The notes beneath the pieces were generated by a model. It searched no databases, was not told the origin of the DNA, and saw only the letters and a list, made by a program, of their open reading frames with translations. Below, piece after piece: positions 17,760 through 26,204 of a stretch of 64,000 nucleotides of DNA. Within the stretch, counting starts at the first letter, position 1, and the number at the start of each line of letters is the position of its first letter. The stretch covers positions 2,254 to 66,253 of the forward strand of contig DJVG01000043.1 in the NCBI GenBank assembly GCA_002441095.1. The letters run 5' to 3'. The DNA is from Elusimicrobia bacterium UBA6262 (GTDB taxonomy: Bacteria; CAYTYR01; UBA6262). Position numbers and translations under genes: made by a program.

Positions 17760-18842
17760 TTAATACCCTAATTCATCATACAGGGTACTTGACGAATGTA
17801 AATACTCGGACTGGCTGGTTTCAGTGATCCAATTACCTTTAACCGTGATATTATTTTGTATCCGGCAATTACCCCACCCCTGGCCCTGAAACATGGGTAT
17901 CGTTTCCCAGTCCCAGTTAATGTAAGAGATGGCTTTTACCTTTTTAGCTGCGACAAAATCAAAGAATGACTTGAACCAGTTATCCCAGGAAGTTTGCCCG
18001 GATAAGGTGCCGATACCATACGGTGTTGCTTCCGCGATCATCAGCGGCTTATTATGCTCGACGGCAATGGCGGCAATATGATCCATGTAGGCGCTCATCT
18101 CAGTTAAAAAAAACGAAACCCCTACCCAATCTACATAACTATCTCCGGGATACCAGTTTATAGCCGCGGTCGAATTATTTTGAGCCCAGGAATGCCAGAC
18201 ATAAGCCACATTAATGATACCCTGAGCGCGGAGATGGTCAACTACATGCTTATAAGCACGGACATATTTTTCGGCGGTATAATGAAAATCAGGATTGTCA
18301 AATTCATAGCCAACGCGCAAATAGACCGGCCGGTTAAGATTCTTGATCCAGTTACCTAAAGTATCAAGATTGGCGTCATAGTCACCATTATCGATCCGGT
18401 CAAGGTCATCTTCACTGCCGGTCGTTCCTGACATCCATAAGCCGATCTGCACAGCCATATCCGGATAATCCGCGAAACTTAACGGGAAATCCCATGTACC
18501 ACCTTCATTATCACCAGGCACTTTTATTAATTCCAATCGCTGGATTGATGTATAAACCATCAATCCGCCAGGATTACCGATATCAGTAATATACTCTTCC
18601 AGAGCCGGCTGGTCCTGGCCAATGATCAACAGCACTTTACCGTCTGCTGGCTCATATTTCCCTAACAAAGGAGACCTCTCAGTAGTAAATGTTGCGTTCT
18701 TGGAGTGTGCTTTTTCATCCAGTTCACCTATTTTTTTACGTACTGCTCCGGTCATACCCAAACTTATTCCGCCGGCCCATACCAGGCCCAAACTCAATTG
18801 TAATCCGGCTAATAGTAAAGATATTAGATACTGTCTTTTCAT
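17760..18842 (-). CDS. secreted hypothetical TIM-barrel glycoside-hydrolase-like protein (GH26/GH5-like)
   Basis: signal peptide; YLRVGYEFDNP, WHSWAQ aromatic-rich blocks reminiscent of clan GH-A; weak. Confidence 0.35.
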   Translation of the reverse strand: MKRQYLISLLLAGLQLSLGLVWAGGISLGMTGAVRKKIGELDEKAHSKNATFTTERSPLLGKYEPADGKVLLIIGQDQPALEEYITDIGNPGGLMVYTSIQRLELIKVPGDNEGGTWDFPLSFADYPDMAVQIGLWMSGTTGSEDDLDRIDNGDYDANLDTLGNWIKNLNRPVYLRVGYEFDNPDFHYTAEKYVRAYKHVVDHLRAQGIINVAYVWHSWAQNNSTAAINWYPGDSYVDWVGVSFFLTEMSAYMDHIAAIAVEHNKPLMIAEATPYGIGTLSGQTSWDNWFKSFFDFVAAKKVKAISYINWDWETIPMFQGQGWGNCRIQNNITVKGNWITETSQSEYLHSSSTLYDELGY

Positions 18843-18853
18843 TAGCCTGGCCC

Positions 18854-19402
18854 TTATTCCTCTTCGTATTCTTCCTCTTCTATTTCTAGCTCTTGCTTTA
18901 CTTTTCCTGTTTTGCGCCGGCTGATTTCTTGTTGACTGCCGAAATACCAGTTAAGCCCAAAATTAACAACATATTCAATACCATTAACACTGAGGGAAGA
19001 TTCTTTATCTTTTAAGATGATAAAAGCCGGCCCAAAATCAACCTGCAGGGAAAAACGGCTCAGCAAAAAGAATTCTATACCCAGATAGAGCTCTTCAGCA
19101 AAGCCATGGCCCTTGCTTTCCTCACCTTTAAAACTGACATAATCCGACTCAATGCCCATAAACAGCACGGCATTACTATCAGGATTAAAATAATAATTAC
19201 CCCGCAACCCGCCAATAACTATATCGTCAGCAAATTGTCCGCGTAACTCCAGGCTTAACCGGTTATTAAATAAATACTTGATCCCGGCGCCAGGATAATT
19301 CAATCCCACTCCCCAACGCGGCAGTGCTTCTTCACCTGCTGCCGAGGAATATGGCAGTAATAAAAAAAATAACAGCAACGCTGTATTTAAAATACGTTTC
19401 AT
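18854..19402 (-). CDS. small outer-membrane beta-barrel protein (OmpW/OmpA-like) with acidic C-terminal tail
   Basis: signal peptide MKRILNTALLLFFLLLPYSSAAG, alternating hydrophobic beta-strand pattern, C-terminal aromatic WYF; tail EIEEEEYEEE. Confidence 0.5.
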   Translation of the reverse strand: MKRILNTALLLFFLLLPYSSAAGEEALPRWGVGLNYPGAGIKYLFNNRLSLELRGQFADDIVIGGLRGNYYFNPDSNAVLFMGIESDYVSFKGEESKGHGFAEELYLGIEFFLLSRFSLQVDFGPAFIILKDKESSLSVNGIEYVVNFGLNWYFGSQQEISRRKTGKVKQELEIEEEEYEEE

Positions 19403-19455
19403 GGCAAAATATTACCCCATTTCCGTACTTAAAAGCAAGGGAAAACCATTCCCTC

Positions 19456-19923
19456 TTAGTAGACCTGCTTATCAGGTAACCGGTCCCAATCCTTTAATAG
19501 ACCCAGGCACTCTTTCCGGGCATGATCCCTGATTATTTTCACCGCACTCCCGCCAAGTTTTTTCAGCACTCTATTGCTGATAGCCAGCTCATTGAATCCT
19601 CTCTTTTTTACATCACTAATTGTTGTGCCATAATAAATTTTTACTATCTTAGCCCAGTGAATAGCGGCAAAGCACATCGGGCAGGGCTCAGTAGTAGAAT
19701 AAATCTCACAGCCGCTCAAGTCAAAGGTCCCAAGTTTTTTAGCGGCCAGCCTGATAGTATTTATTTCCGCATGGCAAGTAGCATCATTTTTTAATACTGT
19801 ATTGCGTGCAACGGCTATGACCCGGCCCCTTTTAACAATACACGCGCCAAAAGGACCGCCCTGTATATCAGTCAGGTTTTTTCTTGCTTCTTTGATCGCC
19901 CTTTGCATAAATTTCTTTTGCAT
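19456..19923 (-). CDS. tadA: zinc-dependent nucleoside/tRNA adenosine deaminase (TadA / CDA family)
   Basis: HAEINTIR ... TEPCPMC zinc-binding deaminase motifs, 155 aa. Confidence 0.75.
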   Translation of the reverse strand: MQKKFMQRAIKEARKNLTDIQGGPFGACIVKRGRVIAVARNTVLKNDATCHAEINTIRLAAKKLGTFDLSGCEIYSTTEPCPMCFAAIHWAKIVKIYYGTTISDVKKRGFNELAISNRVLKKLGGSAVKIIRDHARKECLGLLKDWDRLPDKQVY

Positions 19924-20017
19924 AAAATCCTTTTGGATTACACAGATTACGAAAAGCGATTACACAGATAGAACGAAAGCTAGTAATCAGTGTAATCTCT
20001 CTTAATAATCGGTGTAA
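19924..20017. repeat. GATTACACAG x2 ... CAGTGTAATC / CGGTGTAATC inverted motif array (same family as 10102-10219)
   Basis: ggattacacagattacgaaaagcgattacacagatagaac...gtaatcagtgtaatctctcttaataatcggtgtaatcat. Confidence 0.65.
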
Positions 20018-20326
20018 TCATTTGCTAGATTTGATCATTATGAGCATCATTTTAAATTTCTTGGTGGCTATTAAGGCATGCGGGCGACCCGCCGGCAGTT
20101 TTACCAGGTCCCCCTTGACCGCGCGTTGCGGTTTGCCAGCGATAGTTATTTCGGCTTCCCCGTCAACAAGATAAACCAGGGCATCGAAGGGAGCTGTATG
20201 CTCGCTTAATCCTTGCCCTTGATCGAATGAAAAAAGGGTCACGGTCCCGGTGTCTTTTTTAATCACGGTACGGCTGACCACCGCCCCTTTCTGGTAGGCT
20301 ATCATCTTATTTAACTGCATTTTCAT
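20018..20326 (-). CDS. cupin-domain protein
   Basis: 102 aa; GEAEITIAGKPQRAVKGDLVKLPAGRPHAL cupin beta-barrel motif. Confidence 0.55.
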   Translation of the reverse strand: MKMQLNKMIAYQKGAVVSRTVIKKDTGTVTLFSFDQGQGLSEHTAPFDALVYLVDGEAEITIAGKPQRAVKGDLVKLPAGRPHALIATKKFKMMLIMIKSSK

Positions 20327-20560
20327 CTTCCCTTTACCTGAAGTATCCTGGCTTCCCGCAGTGCCAATTGATCCTCCCTTTTTTAAGTGTGCCAGTGCTC
20401 GAGTTGCCAGTCAGAACAAGAACAGTGACCAGGTGTAAGTTTTGGAAGTAAGTTTGGTCTGAGGTCTATGGGTATTAGGCTCTAACCCACAACTTCAGAC
20501 CTACTTCCATACCTACTTCTACAACCTTCACCCTATCACTACTGATTCTCGTATTTACTG

Positions 20561-22039
20561 TTAAGCCCAGCGCAGACTGCGTTGTACTGCTTGCCGCCAC
20601 TTGTCATAGTAATCGGCACTGATTTTTTCATCTAACTGCGGTTGAAATATACGGTCTTTAGTAATAATCTTCTTAAATTCCTCTTTGCTCCAGAATTTCG
20701 CTCTGAAGCCGCTAACTCCCGCGGCGCCGAGCGCGGTAGTTTCATTCATGGTGGTACGCTCAATAGCGATCCTGGCAATATCAGCCTGGAATTGCATTAG
20801 AAAGTTATTCGCTGCCGCACCGCCATCCACCCGCGCTACGGCCAGCTTCTGCTTCATCGTCACCTGCATTTCATCTACTACTTCTCTTACCTGATAAGCC
20901 ATGGCTTCCAATGCCGCCCGGGCAATATTAGCCGTGGTTGTTTTCCTGGTCAAGCCGATGATCAGGCCGCGCGCTTGCGGATCCCAATAAGGAGCTCCTA
21001 ATCCCTGCAGCGCCGGCACAAAATATACCCCCTCATTACTTTCGAGCGCATTAGCCATGGATTCACTATCACTGGCCTGATCAATGATCTGCAATCCATC
21101 CCGCAGCCATTGCAGGGCCGCCCCGCCAATAAAAATACTGCCTTCCAAGGCATAGTTTACCTCTCCGCCTATTTTCCAGGCCACGGTTGTCACCAGCCGT
21201 TCTGAACGGCAGAGTTCTTTTAAGGTATTGGCCATGGCAAAAATCCCTGTGCCATAAGTGACTTTAGCCAGGTCTTTATCCCAACCGCACTGGGCCAGCA
21301 GGGCTGCCTGCTGGTCTCCTAAAATGCCGGTAATAGGGATTTCCCGTCCCACAAACTTCTTATCCAATAACCCGAAAATAGCATCAGAATCCCTTACCTC
21401 CGGCAATATTGCTGCTGGTATATCAAATATTTTCAATAATTCCTGGTCAAAATGCATCTGGTTAATATCAAAGAGCAGGGTGCGGGAAGCATTACTGGGA
21501 TCAGTAGCATGCGCTTTGCCACCGGTCAAGTTCCATAAGAGCCAAGTATCAGGAGTGCCAAAAATAATTTCTCCGCGATCGATCTTCTCTTTAACTCCGG
21601 GGACCTGGTTTATCAGCCAGGAAATTTTGGTAGCGGAAAAATAAGGGTCCAGGAATAAGCCGGTTTTTTGTTTAATTAGCTCCTGATGAACAGCCAGCTG
21701 CCGGCACATTTTTCCCGTGCGGCGGTCTTGCCAGACAATGGCATTATGAACCGGTTGGCCAGAGTTCTTGTCCCAGAGGATCGAAGTTTCCCGCTGATTA
21801 GTAATACCGATACACTCAATATTTTCCGGCCCAACTATGGCTGCCACATCCTGAAAAGCTTGTAAAGAGGTCTTTAGGATTGCCTGGGGCTCGTGCTCTA
21901 CCCAGCCAGCCTGCGGGAATATTTGCGGAAATTCATAGTAGGATCTAGCCGCGACAGTACCATCCCGGTTAAAAGCCATTACCCGGTTACCGGTCGTACC
22001 CAGATCAAATGCTACAATTACTTTAGGCTTCATCATCAC
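20561..22039 (-). CDS. glpK: glycerol kinase
   Basis: 492 aa FGGY kinase; AFDLGTTGNR, WVEHEP, GTGIFAM motifs typical of GlpK. Confidence 0.9.
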   Translation of the reverse strand: MMMKPKVIVAFDLGTTGNRVMAFNRDGTVAARSYYEFPQIFPQAGWVEHEPQAILKTSLQAFQDVAAIVGPENIECIGITNQRETSILWDKNSGQPVHNAIVWQDRRTGKMCRQLAVHQELIKQKTGLFLDPYFSATKISWLINQVPGVKEKIDRGEIIFGTPDTWLLWNLTGGKAHATDPSNASRTLLFDINQMHFDQELLKIFDIPAAILPEVRDSDAIFGLLDKKFVGREIPITGILGDQQAALLAQCGWDKDLAKVTYGTGIFAMANTLKELCRSERLVTTVAWKIGGEVNYALEGSIFIGGAALQWLRDGLQIIDQASDSESMANALESNEGVYFVPALQGLGAPYWDPQARGLIIGLTRKTTTANIARAALEAMAYQVREVVDEMQVTMKQKLAVARVDGGAAANNFLMQFQADIARIAIERTTMNETTALGAAGVSGFRAKFWSKEEFKKIITKDRIFQPQLDEKISADYYDKWRQAVQRSLRWA

Positions 22040-22044
22040 GCCTT

Positions 22045-22310
22045 TGGCTCAGTAAGAACGAAGAGCAGTCAGAACGAAAAGCAGTAGAAACGAGGAGCAG
22101 TCAGAACGAAAAGCAGTAAAACATAATTACAGTCATTACGAGGAACAGTTGCCAGTAAGTAAAAAAACAGTAAGCGCTAATCTTTATTAGTTACTATCAA
22201 ATGACTCTCGCTGCTTTTGTTTTTCGTTTTGACTGCCTTTCATTCTTACTGCTCTTTGCTTTGACTGCTCTTCGTCTTTACTGCTTCTTGCTTTGACTTA
22301 TTAACTCCGC
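22045..22310. repeat. tandem CAGTCAGAACGAAAAGCAGTA units (22045-22140) and inverted copies TACTGCTTTTCGTTTTGACTG (22200-22310): long imperfect inverted repeat
   Basis: gagcagtcagaacgaaaagcagtagaaacgaggagcagtcagaacgaaaagcagtaaaac ... ctgcttttgtttttcgttttgactgcc...tactgctctttgctttgactgctcttcgtctttactgcttcttgctttgac; related copy at ~20395-20430. Confidence 0.7.
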
Positions 22311-22713
22311 CAGGGAAATTCTTGGCATATTTAGCGATCCATTCCTGCGCTGCTTCCCGGCCATCAAGGATACGGCCCTCTCGTTCAGCTATTTCTTTCT
22401 TGTAGTGCTGGATATAACAAACCTGTTCCACCATCCTGGTCCGGAAGGATTCCCTGGCTTCGTCAAATTTGACTCCGATATCAAACAGGTCACCCTTTTT
22501 TTTACACCACACTACCCGGGCCTTGGTTTCAAAAGGAGGCTGGCTGACCGGGATCTTGATATCGAGCAATGTCCCTTTTTCCACATAGTGGTCAGCTTGC
22601 AAGGAAAGGCCGCCCGCGCTGATATTATTCAGCCTCTGCTCACGCGGAGAAACCAGGGCCAAGTGATGTATCTCAATGGGAATATCTGCTGGATGTCTGA
22701 TAAAATTTCTCAT
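22246..22713 (-). CDS. PilZ-domain (c-di-GMP-binding) protein
   Basis: RNFIRHP (RxxxR) and NISAGGLSL (D/NxSxGG) motifs; 3' end (KTKSSQSKEQ) is encoded by the inverted-repeat DNA. Confidence 0.6.
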   Translation of the reverse strand: MRNFIRHPADIPIEIHHLALVSPREQRLNNISAGGLSLQADHYVEKGTLLDIKIPVSQPPFETKARVVWCKKKGDLFDIGVKFDEARESFRTRMVEQVCYIQHYKKEIAEREGRILDGREAAQEWIAKYAKNFPGGVNKSKQEAVKTKSSQSKEQ

Positions 22714-22797
22714 ATATATAATAGTAATCCCTGTTACTTATCTGGTCAAGCGCAAAATATTTTTTTTACCATTTTTATTGCTATATTAATTTCCTAG

Positions 22798-23838
22798 CTA
22801 TTGCACTTTCTTCCAACCGCTCCGCCGGCGTTTACCAACGACGATCAAGACGGCGATCACGCCGAAAATGATACCTGCCTGCGAAAGAGTCAGTCCTGCT
22901 TCCCAAGCCGAGTCATTACTGACCATGATCGCACTGATCCCCAGGGAAAAAGTAATGAAATAGATGAACCTTACTGCTCCTGAAGGACTTAATCCCAGGT
23001 CCACGAGATAATGATGAAAATGATCTTTGCCGCCGTATTTCAGCCATTCTATGATGTTGGCTATTTTTTCCTCTTTGATCCTCATAATAGTGGTAAAGAT
23101 CATATCAAAGATCGGCACCCCGAGGATCAGGATGGGAATGGACAATTTAACTGCGTTATTAGCCGCCCAATCTCCGGCTAAGGCAAAACAAGCCAGCATA
23201 AATCCCAGGAAAGTACTACCGGCATCACCCAGGAATATTTTAGCTCGCTTATAATTATTATACGGCAGGAAACCGATGCAGGCAGCCATCAAGGTAATAA
23301 CCATGAGTTCCAGGGCATATTGTTTGGTACTGTTAAGGACACTCCAAAGGCAAAAAAGGTTGATTACCGCTGAACCTGTCGCCAAACCATTAAGCCCATC
23401 CAGGTAATTATAAGCATTGGTCACCCCGATTATCCAGAACAGGGTAAGTAATACTTCTATGGGATCTTTCCATAAACCTAAAGGCACAAAAGTGACCCGG
23501 ACCCCGTAATAAATGACCAGGAGTGCGGCCAGTAATTGACAGAACATGCGGACCTGAGCACTTAAACCTTTAACATCATCAATAATGCCAACTATTAAAA
23601 TAAAGCTGGCACTGACAAAGATCGGCAGATACTGGGTCAGGGATTGAAACCGGATCAAGATCCCGGCCAAAACCCCGAGGTAGATAGCTAATCCGCCTAA
23701 GAGCGGGGTAGCATGGTCATGTATTTTCCTGCCGCCAGGCAGATCCACTATGCCCAGGAGCAAAGCCAGCTTGCGCACTAGCGGAGTAATAACCGCTACC
23801 AGCAGGACAATGATACCAAATAATAAGGGGATCCGCAT
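22798..23838 (-). CDS. polyprenyl-phosphate HexNAc-1-phosphate transferase (WecA/TagO/MraY family, initiating transferase)
   Basis: 346 aa, 10-11 TM; DDVKGLS, NAYNYLDGLNGLA motifs. Confidence 0.85.
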   Translation of the reverse strand: MRIPLLFGIIVLLVAVITPLVRKLALLLGIVDLPGGRKIHDHATPLLGGLAIYLGVLAGILIRFQSLTQYLPIFVSASFILIVGIIDDVKGLSAQVRMFCQLLAALLVIYYGVRVTFVPLGLWKDPIEVLLTLFWIIGVTNAYNYLDGLNGLATGSAVINLFCLWSVLNSTKQYALELMVITLMAACIGFLPYNNYKRAKIFLGDAGSTFLGFMLACFALAGDWAANNAVKLSIPILILGVPIFDMIFTTIMRIKEEKIANIIEWLKYGGKDHFHHYLVDLGLSPSGAVRFIYFITFSLGISAIMVSNDSAWEAGLTLSQAGIIFGVIAVLIVVGKRRRSGWKKVQ

Positions 23839-23917
23839 AGTTACCCACCTATTCTCAATTTTAAGGTCCGCTGAAAAACACCGCGTCCCTTGTAATCAAG
23901 ACTCACTGCAGTGAGTC

Positions 23918-24538
23918 TTATTTTATCTCCCGCAATACCCGCAGCGCCTTAAATCCTTCGGCATATCTGACCCGTCCCTGGAAACCGCGGAAATTAGCGC
24001 ACGATTGGGCGATTTCAACTATATTAAGATTCTCTACCCGGGTTCTGTTGACCTGGGAAGTATGGGTTTTTAGTAGTTCCGCTTTTTGCTCCAGGACATC
24101 ACCGATATCAATAAAAACATCCGGCTCAAAATCCTGCGTAGTCGGTACTTCAAAAAACAGCACTTCCTTGATATACCTGGTAGCAGATATGCCGGCCTGG
24201 GCTACAGCACGGTGATCCTGGTGCACATCATTGATATTGTTCAAAAACACAATATCAGGAGACACTTTCCTGACTACTCCTTCAATCTTCAGGATCAAGT
24301 GAAGATTATCTTCCAGTTGCGTGTCTTCGAACCCGCCCCAAAAAAGTTCTTTAACCCCGATAACTTTAGCAGCAGCTTCCTGCTCTTTTTGCCGCACTTC
24401 CGGACTGCCGCCGACTTCGCCCGTGGTCAATACCAATAAATACACATTATGCCCGGCCCGGGCATATTTGATCAGGCTGCCGCCGCAGCCGATCTCAATG
24501 TCATCCGGGTGCGCACCGATCGCTAAAATATTCATCAC
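23918..24538 (-). CDS. PIG-L/LmbE family N-acetylglucosaminyl deacetylase
   Basis: AIGAHPDDIEIGCGGSL N-terminal motif, 206 aa. Confidence 0.8.
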   Translation of the reverse strand: MMNILAIGAHPDDIEIGCGGSLIKYARAGHNVYLLVLTTGEVGGSPEVRQKEQEAAAKVIGVKELFWGGFEDTQLEDNLHLILKIEGVVRKVSPDIVFLNNINDVHQDHRAVAQAGISATRYIKEVLFFEVPTTQDFEPDVFIDIGDVLEQKAELLKTHTSQVNRTRVENLNIVEIAQSCANFRGFQGRVRYAEGFKALRVLREIK

Positions 24539-24564
24539 TAGCCCCTCTTTCCAGAGTAGTTAAT

Positions 24565-25392
24565 TTAGCCTTCTAAGTCTTTGGCCACATCACGAATGAT
24601 ATCTTCCCCGATTATTGGCGTTTCTTTGCCAAATCCGGAAAATAAGGCCAGGTCGCAGATATTATTTATCCGCCGGGGGATACCGCCTGATCTTTCAAAT
24701 ATTAATTTATATGACTCGTCTGTAAAGACCGGCTCATGCCGGTTGGCAATAGCTAAACGGTGCAAAATATATTTTTTTGTATCTTCTTCATTCAAGTTCT
24801 CCAAATGGCATTTAACCGCTATCCGTTGGGAAAACTGCTTATTGCTGTCAATCAGTTCCTTTAGTTCCGGCTGACCCAGTATCAGCAGTGTCAACAGGAA
24901 CTTATTTTCTGCCTGGAAATTCAGGATCAATCTTAATTCCTCCCATACCTGGCGGTCCTGGATCACATGGGCTTCATCGATCAGCACCACGGTTTTTTTG
25001 CCGTCCCGCATATTATTCTCCAGGATCTCTCCCAGCCTCTCCAGGATGACATTGACCAAGACATCTGATTTTTTCTGGGGCAGGTCCTTGCCGCCCAGGT
25101 TATAGACAATATACATTAAAAGTTCTTCGTAATTCAAATAGGGGTTGGAAATAAACGCGGTGCGGTAAACATCATTACTCAATTCCTGGAACAAGGTCCG
25201 GCCGATCAGCGTCTTGCCGCAGCCAAAAACACCGGAGAGCAAACCGGCGCCCTTGCCTTCCCTGACCACATAAAGCAGGCGGGACAGGCTTTCTTCGTGC
25301 TGCGGCGAAAAATAAATGAACCGCGGATCAGGCGTATTTTCAAAAGGTTTTTCGGTTAATTTCCAGTATTCTTTATACATTGCAGTTCTCAC
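24565..25392 (-). CDS. ExeA/GspA-like AAA+ ATPase (secretion-ATPase-like, polysaccharide-locus subfamily)
   Basis: P-loop GVFGCGKTL, Walker B VLIDEAH; FENTPDPRFIYFSPQHEE N-terminus typical of ExeA-like proteins. Confidence 0.65.
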   Translation of the reverse strand: MRTAMYKEYWKLTEKPFENTPDPRFIYFSPQHEESLSRLLYVVREGKGAGLLSGVFGCGKTLIGRTLFQELSNDVYRTAFISNPYLNYEELLMYIVYNLGGKDLPQKKSDVLVNVILERLGEILENNMRDGKKTVVLIDEAHVIQDRQVWEELRLILNFQAENKFLLTLLILGQPELKELIDSNKQFSQRIAVKCHLENLNEEDTKKYILHRLAIANRHEPVFTDESYKLIFERSGGIPRRINNICDLALFSGFGKETPIIGEDIIRDVAKDLEG

Positions 25393-25476
25393 CTTTCAAG
25401 AAAATCGCCTGCGGCGATGACTTTTATCTCCGAACATAAGCGATTTTCGCAGTCCCAGCCGTTTTGCTTTGTATTT

Positions 25477-26178
25477 TTATACTTTCCTATGCAGTAGTAT
25501 AGACTGGCTGCGTTCTCCTTCATTAAATAGCAAGTCAACAGCCGCCATATTAGGCATAAACTCGTCTTGCGTCGCAGCATAAACCTGCTGGTACCGGGGA
25601 TGGGCAAATTGCTGATATTCCAGTCTGATACCAGCTTGGCTGAACTTTTCCTCTTCCAGGTAGTCTTTGCCGCCTGTACCTGACAGGTATGTATCAGCTT
25701 TCAGGGCCAGGCATAGTTCGATGATCCGTCCGGTGCTCAAGGATGTTGTGCCGACGCTTGATTCCATTTTGACCGGAGTAGTAATTTTAAACTGCTCCAG
25801 CAGGTACCCGGTTATCTTTATGTTCAGGTCTACCAGTTTTTCCCAGCGAGTTGTATAAACTTCTTCTAAAAACTGGTAGTGTTCTTTAAAAAAAGGAGCC
25901 CGGTTATAACATTTCTCTAAACTGGCCAGGTGTTTCTTGGCCCAATCACTGCTGTTATCTACTTCCACACTCCTGATACACTGCCGGCCCAAACCGGTAC
26001 TCTTGACCGGGACAGTCAGCCACATCCAGCCCTCTTTGGTGCGGACCCGGTTGCGGTTCTGGTACTCCCGTTCTTTATACTGCACCTGGTCCAGGTATAC
26101 AAAACAGTCACTCTGCCGGATCTTATCGAAAAAACCGAGCCAGGGCAGATATTGGGGCTGATGCACAGAAAGGATCAT
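25477..26178 (-). CDS. WbqC-family protein (LPS/polysaccharide locus protein of unknown function)
   Basis: MILSVHQPQYLPWLGFFDKI...YKNRNRV N-terminal signature of WbqC-like family. Confidence 0.65.
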   Translation of the reverse strand: MILSVHQPQYLPWLGFFDKIRQSDCFVYLDQVQYKEREYQNRNRVRTKEGWMWLTVPVKSTGLGRQCIRSVEVDNSSDWAKKHLASLEKCYNRAPFFKEHYQFLEEVYTTRWEKLVDLNIKITGYLLEQFKITTPVKMESSVGTTSLSTGRIIELCLALKADTYLSGTGGKDYLEEEKFSQAGIRLEYQQFAHPRYQQVYAATQDEFMPNMAAVDLLFNEGERSQSILLHRKV

Positions 26179-26204
26179 GGGAGTTTATTCATAATGATCA
26201 ATTT

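Noticed and set aside
25389-25607. 72-aa ORF between WbqC-like and ExeA-like genes
   Set aside because: It largely overlaps the 3' end of the WbqC-like gene in another frame. It has no motif support.
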